Positions 37,153 through 38,048 of a DNA stretch of 38,048 nucleotides are shown here, piece after piece. The DNA comes from Snowella sp. GTDB taxonomy: Bacteria > Cyanobacteriota > Cyanobacteriia > Cyanobacteriales > Microcystaceae. The stretch covers positions 1 through 38,048 of the forward strand of contig JAYKGY010000121.1 in the NCBI GenBank assembly GCA_035285545.1, given 5' to 3'. Within the stretch, counting starts at the first letter, position 1. The number at the start of each line of letters is the position of its first letter. Made by a program: the position numbers and the translations under genes. Below the pieces are notes generated by a model that was not told where the DNA came from, ran no database searches, and saw nothing but the letters and a program-made list of their open reading frames with translations.

Positions 37153-37164
37153 ATGTATATACAT
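37153..37164. promoter_or_regulatory. Second operator copy upstream of marR (autoregulation)
   Basis: ATGTATATACAT is identical to the core of the 36659 palindrome. It lies between a minus-strand TTGACA (37177-37182) and the marR start. Confidence 0.75.
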
Positions 37165-37345
37165 GCAATTTGATCTTGTCAAGGGTCAAGGGTTGGAAGA
37201 ATTGAGTCAATGTAACTTTGAGTGCTGCAATTTTCTGTCCGAGATTCTTCAATCTGAAGCAGGCGAATAAGCGGCGATCGCTTAAAACGTTGAAGATATA
37301 CTGAAAAAGGTTACAGCCCAAAAAACGATTACAGGAGAAGGTTAA

Positions 37346-37933
37346 ATGGTTACTGCGATCGCTAAACCCATAACCGTTGAAGAATATCTCGCTCAGGAAG
37401 AAATAGCCGAAGAAAAAAGCGAATTTATTAATGGAGAAATCTTTAAAATGGCGGGTGGTACGGCTAATCACAATCGGCTAACGGTCAACTTGGGTCGTCT
37501 GCTACCCTTGAAAGTCGATGAGCAAAGTTATGAGATTTTTCTGAGTGATATGAAGCTCTGGCCGCCGCATTTTCAGAACTATTTTTATCCTGATGTGATG
37601 GTGGTCAAGGATGAACCGAACTTTACGGATGCCAAACAAACGGCTATCACGAATCCCTGTTTAATTGCAGAAATTTTATCAGCTTCGACAGGGGGATATG
37701 ATAAGACCCAAAAGTTTGCTTTTTATCGGACGATTCCCGAATTACAAGAATATATTTTGATTGATCAGTGGGCCTATCGTGTGGAGCTATACCGTAAAGT
37801 CAGCGATCGCCAATGGTTGTTAACGGAGTTAATTGGTCAAGAGGCGTTATTAACGTTAGAATCTATCGGCGTAGAAATTTCGTTAGCGGATCTGTATAAG
37901 CGGGTAAATTTTGAAACAATCCGGTTCTTCTGA
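37346..37933 (+). CDS. Uma2 (DUF820) family endonuclease
   Basis: EEYL..E...EEKSEFINGEIFKMAGGT.NHN, YPDVMV, AEILS.ST..YD...KF..YR and LQEYILIDQ. Confidence 0.93.
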   Translation: MVTAIAKPITVEEYLAQEEIAEEKSEFINGEIFKMAGGTANHNRLTVNLGRLLPLKVDEQSYEIFLSDMKLWPPHFQNYFYPDVMVVKDEPNFTDAKQTAITNPCLIAEILSASTGGYDKTQKFAFYRTIPELQEYILIDQWAYRVELYRKVSDRQWLLTELIGQEALLTLESIGVEISLADLYKRVNFETIRFF

Positions 37934-38048
37934 ATAAAGAGTGATAAGTAAAACTCATAATGAAAAGCAAGCTAAAAAGCGACGACGCATATTTTCAAAG
38001 TTAAGAAACCCATAAGCCTGACGCTTAATCAGTTTGAGACGATTGTTG

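Noticed and set aside
37037..37471. 144-aa minus-strand ORF
   Set aside because: It overlaps marR out of frame and is antisense to Uma2, with F-rich shadow composition.

Overview
Cyanobacterial chromosomal window, identified by frequent HIP1 GCGATCGC octamers and by psaL/psaI, ndhP and Tab2 genes; it looks like a unicellular Chroococcales/Synechocystis-type organism. In order it holds: the 3' end of an IS5-family element, psaL-psaI, DUF29 and Rpn genes, a TPP riboswitch with thiC, a CapD/PglF dehydratase, a GAP1-N2-like/Roadblock fusion, amt, a decayed pepP fragment, an ABC-2 exporter pair split by a heptamer repeat, pilD, Uma2, an Anbu protease, a NarL regulator with a MASE1-GAF kinase, a beta-CASP hydrolase and ndhP. 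The most unusual part is 21.2-35.5 kb. It contains an intact phosphoglucomutase paralog whose catalytic motifs are lost, an RsbQ/KAI2-like hydrolase, an HTH-GrpE protein, and a four-gene chaperone-usher-like pilus cluster (two Cys-paired pilins, one without a donor strand, a PapD-like chaperone and an atypical usher). It also contains a cytoplasmic GH13-CBM20 enzyme, a GAF-GAF-PP2C phosphatase and an RsbW-like kinase. The window ends with tab2, a MarR gene with two palindromic operators and a truncated target gene, and a second Uma2. No rRNA, tRNA or CRISPR array was seen. All family calls come from motif recognition by eye; no database searches were run.
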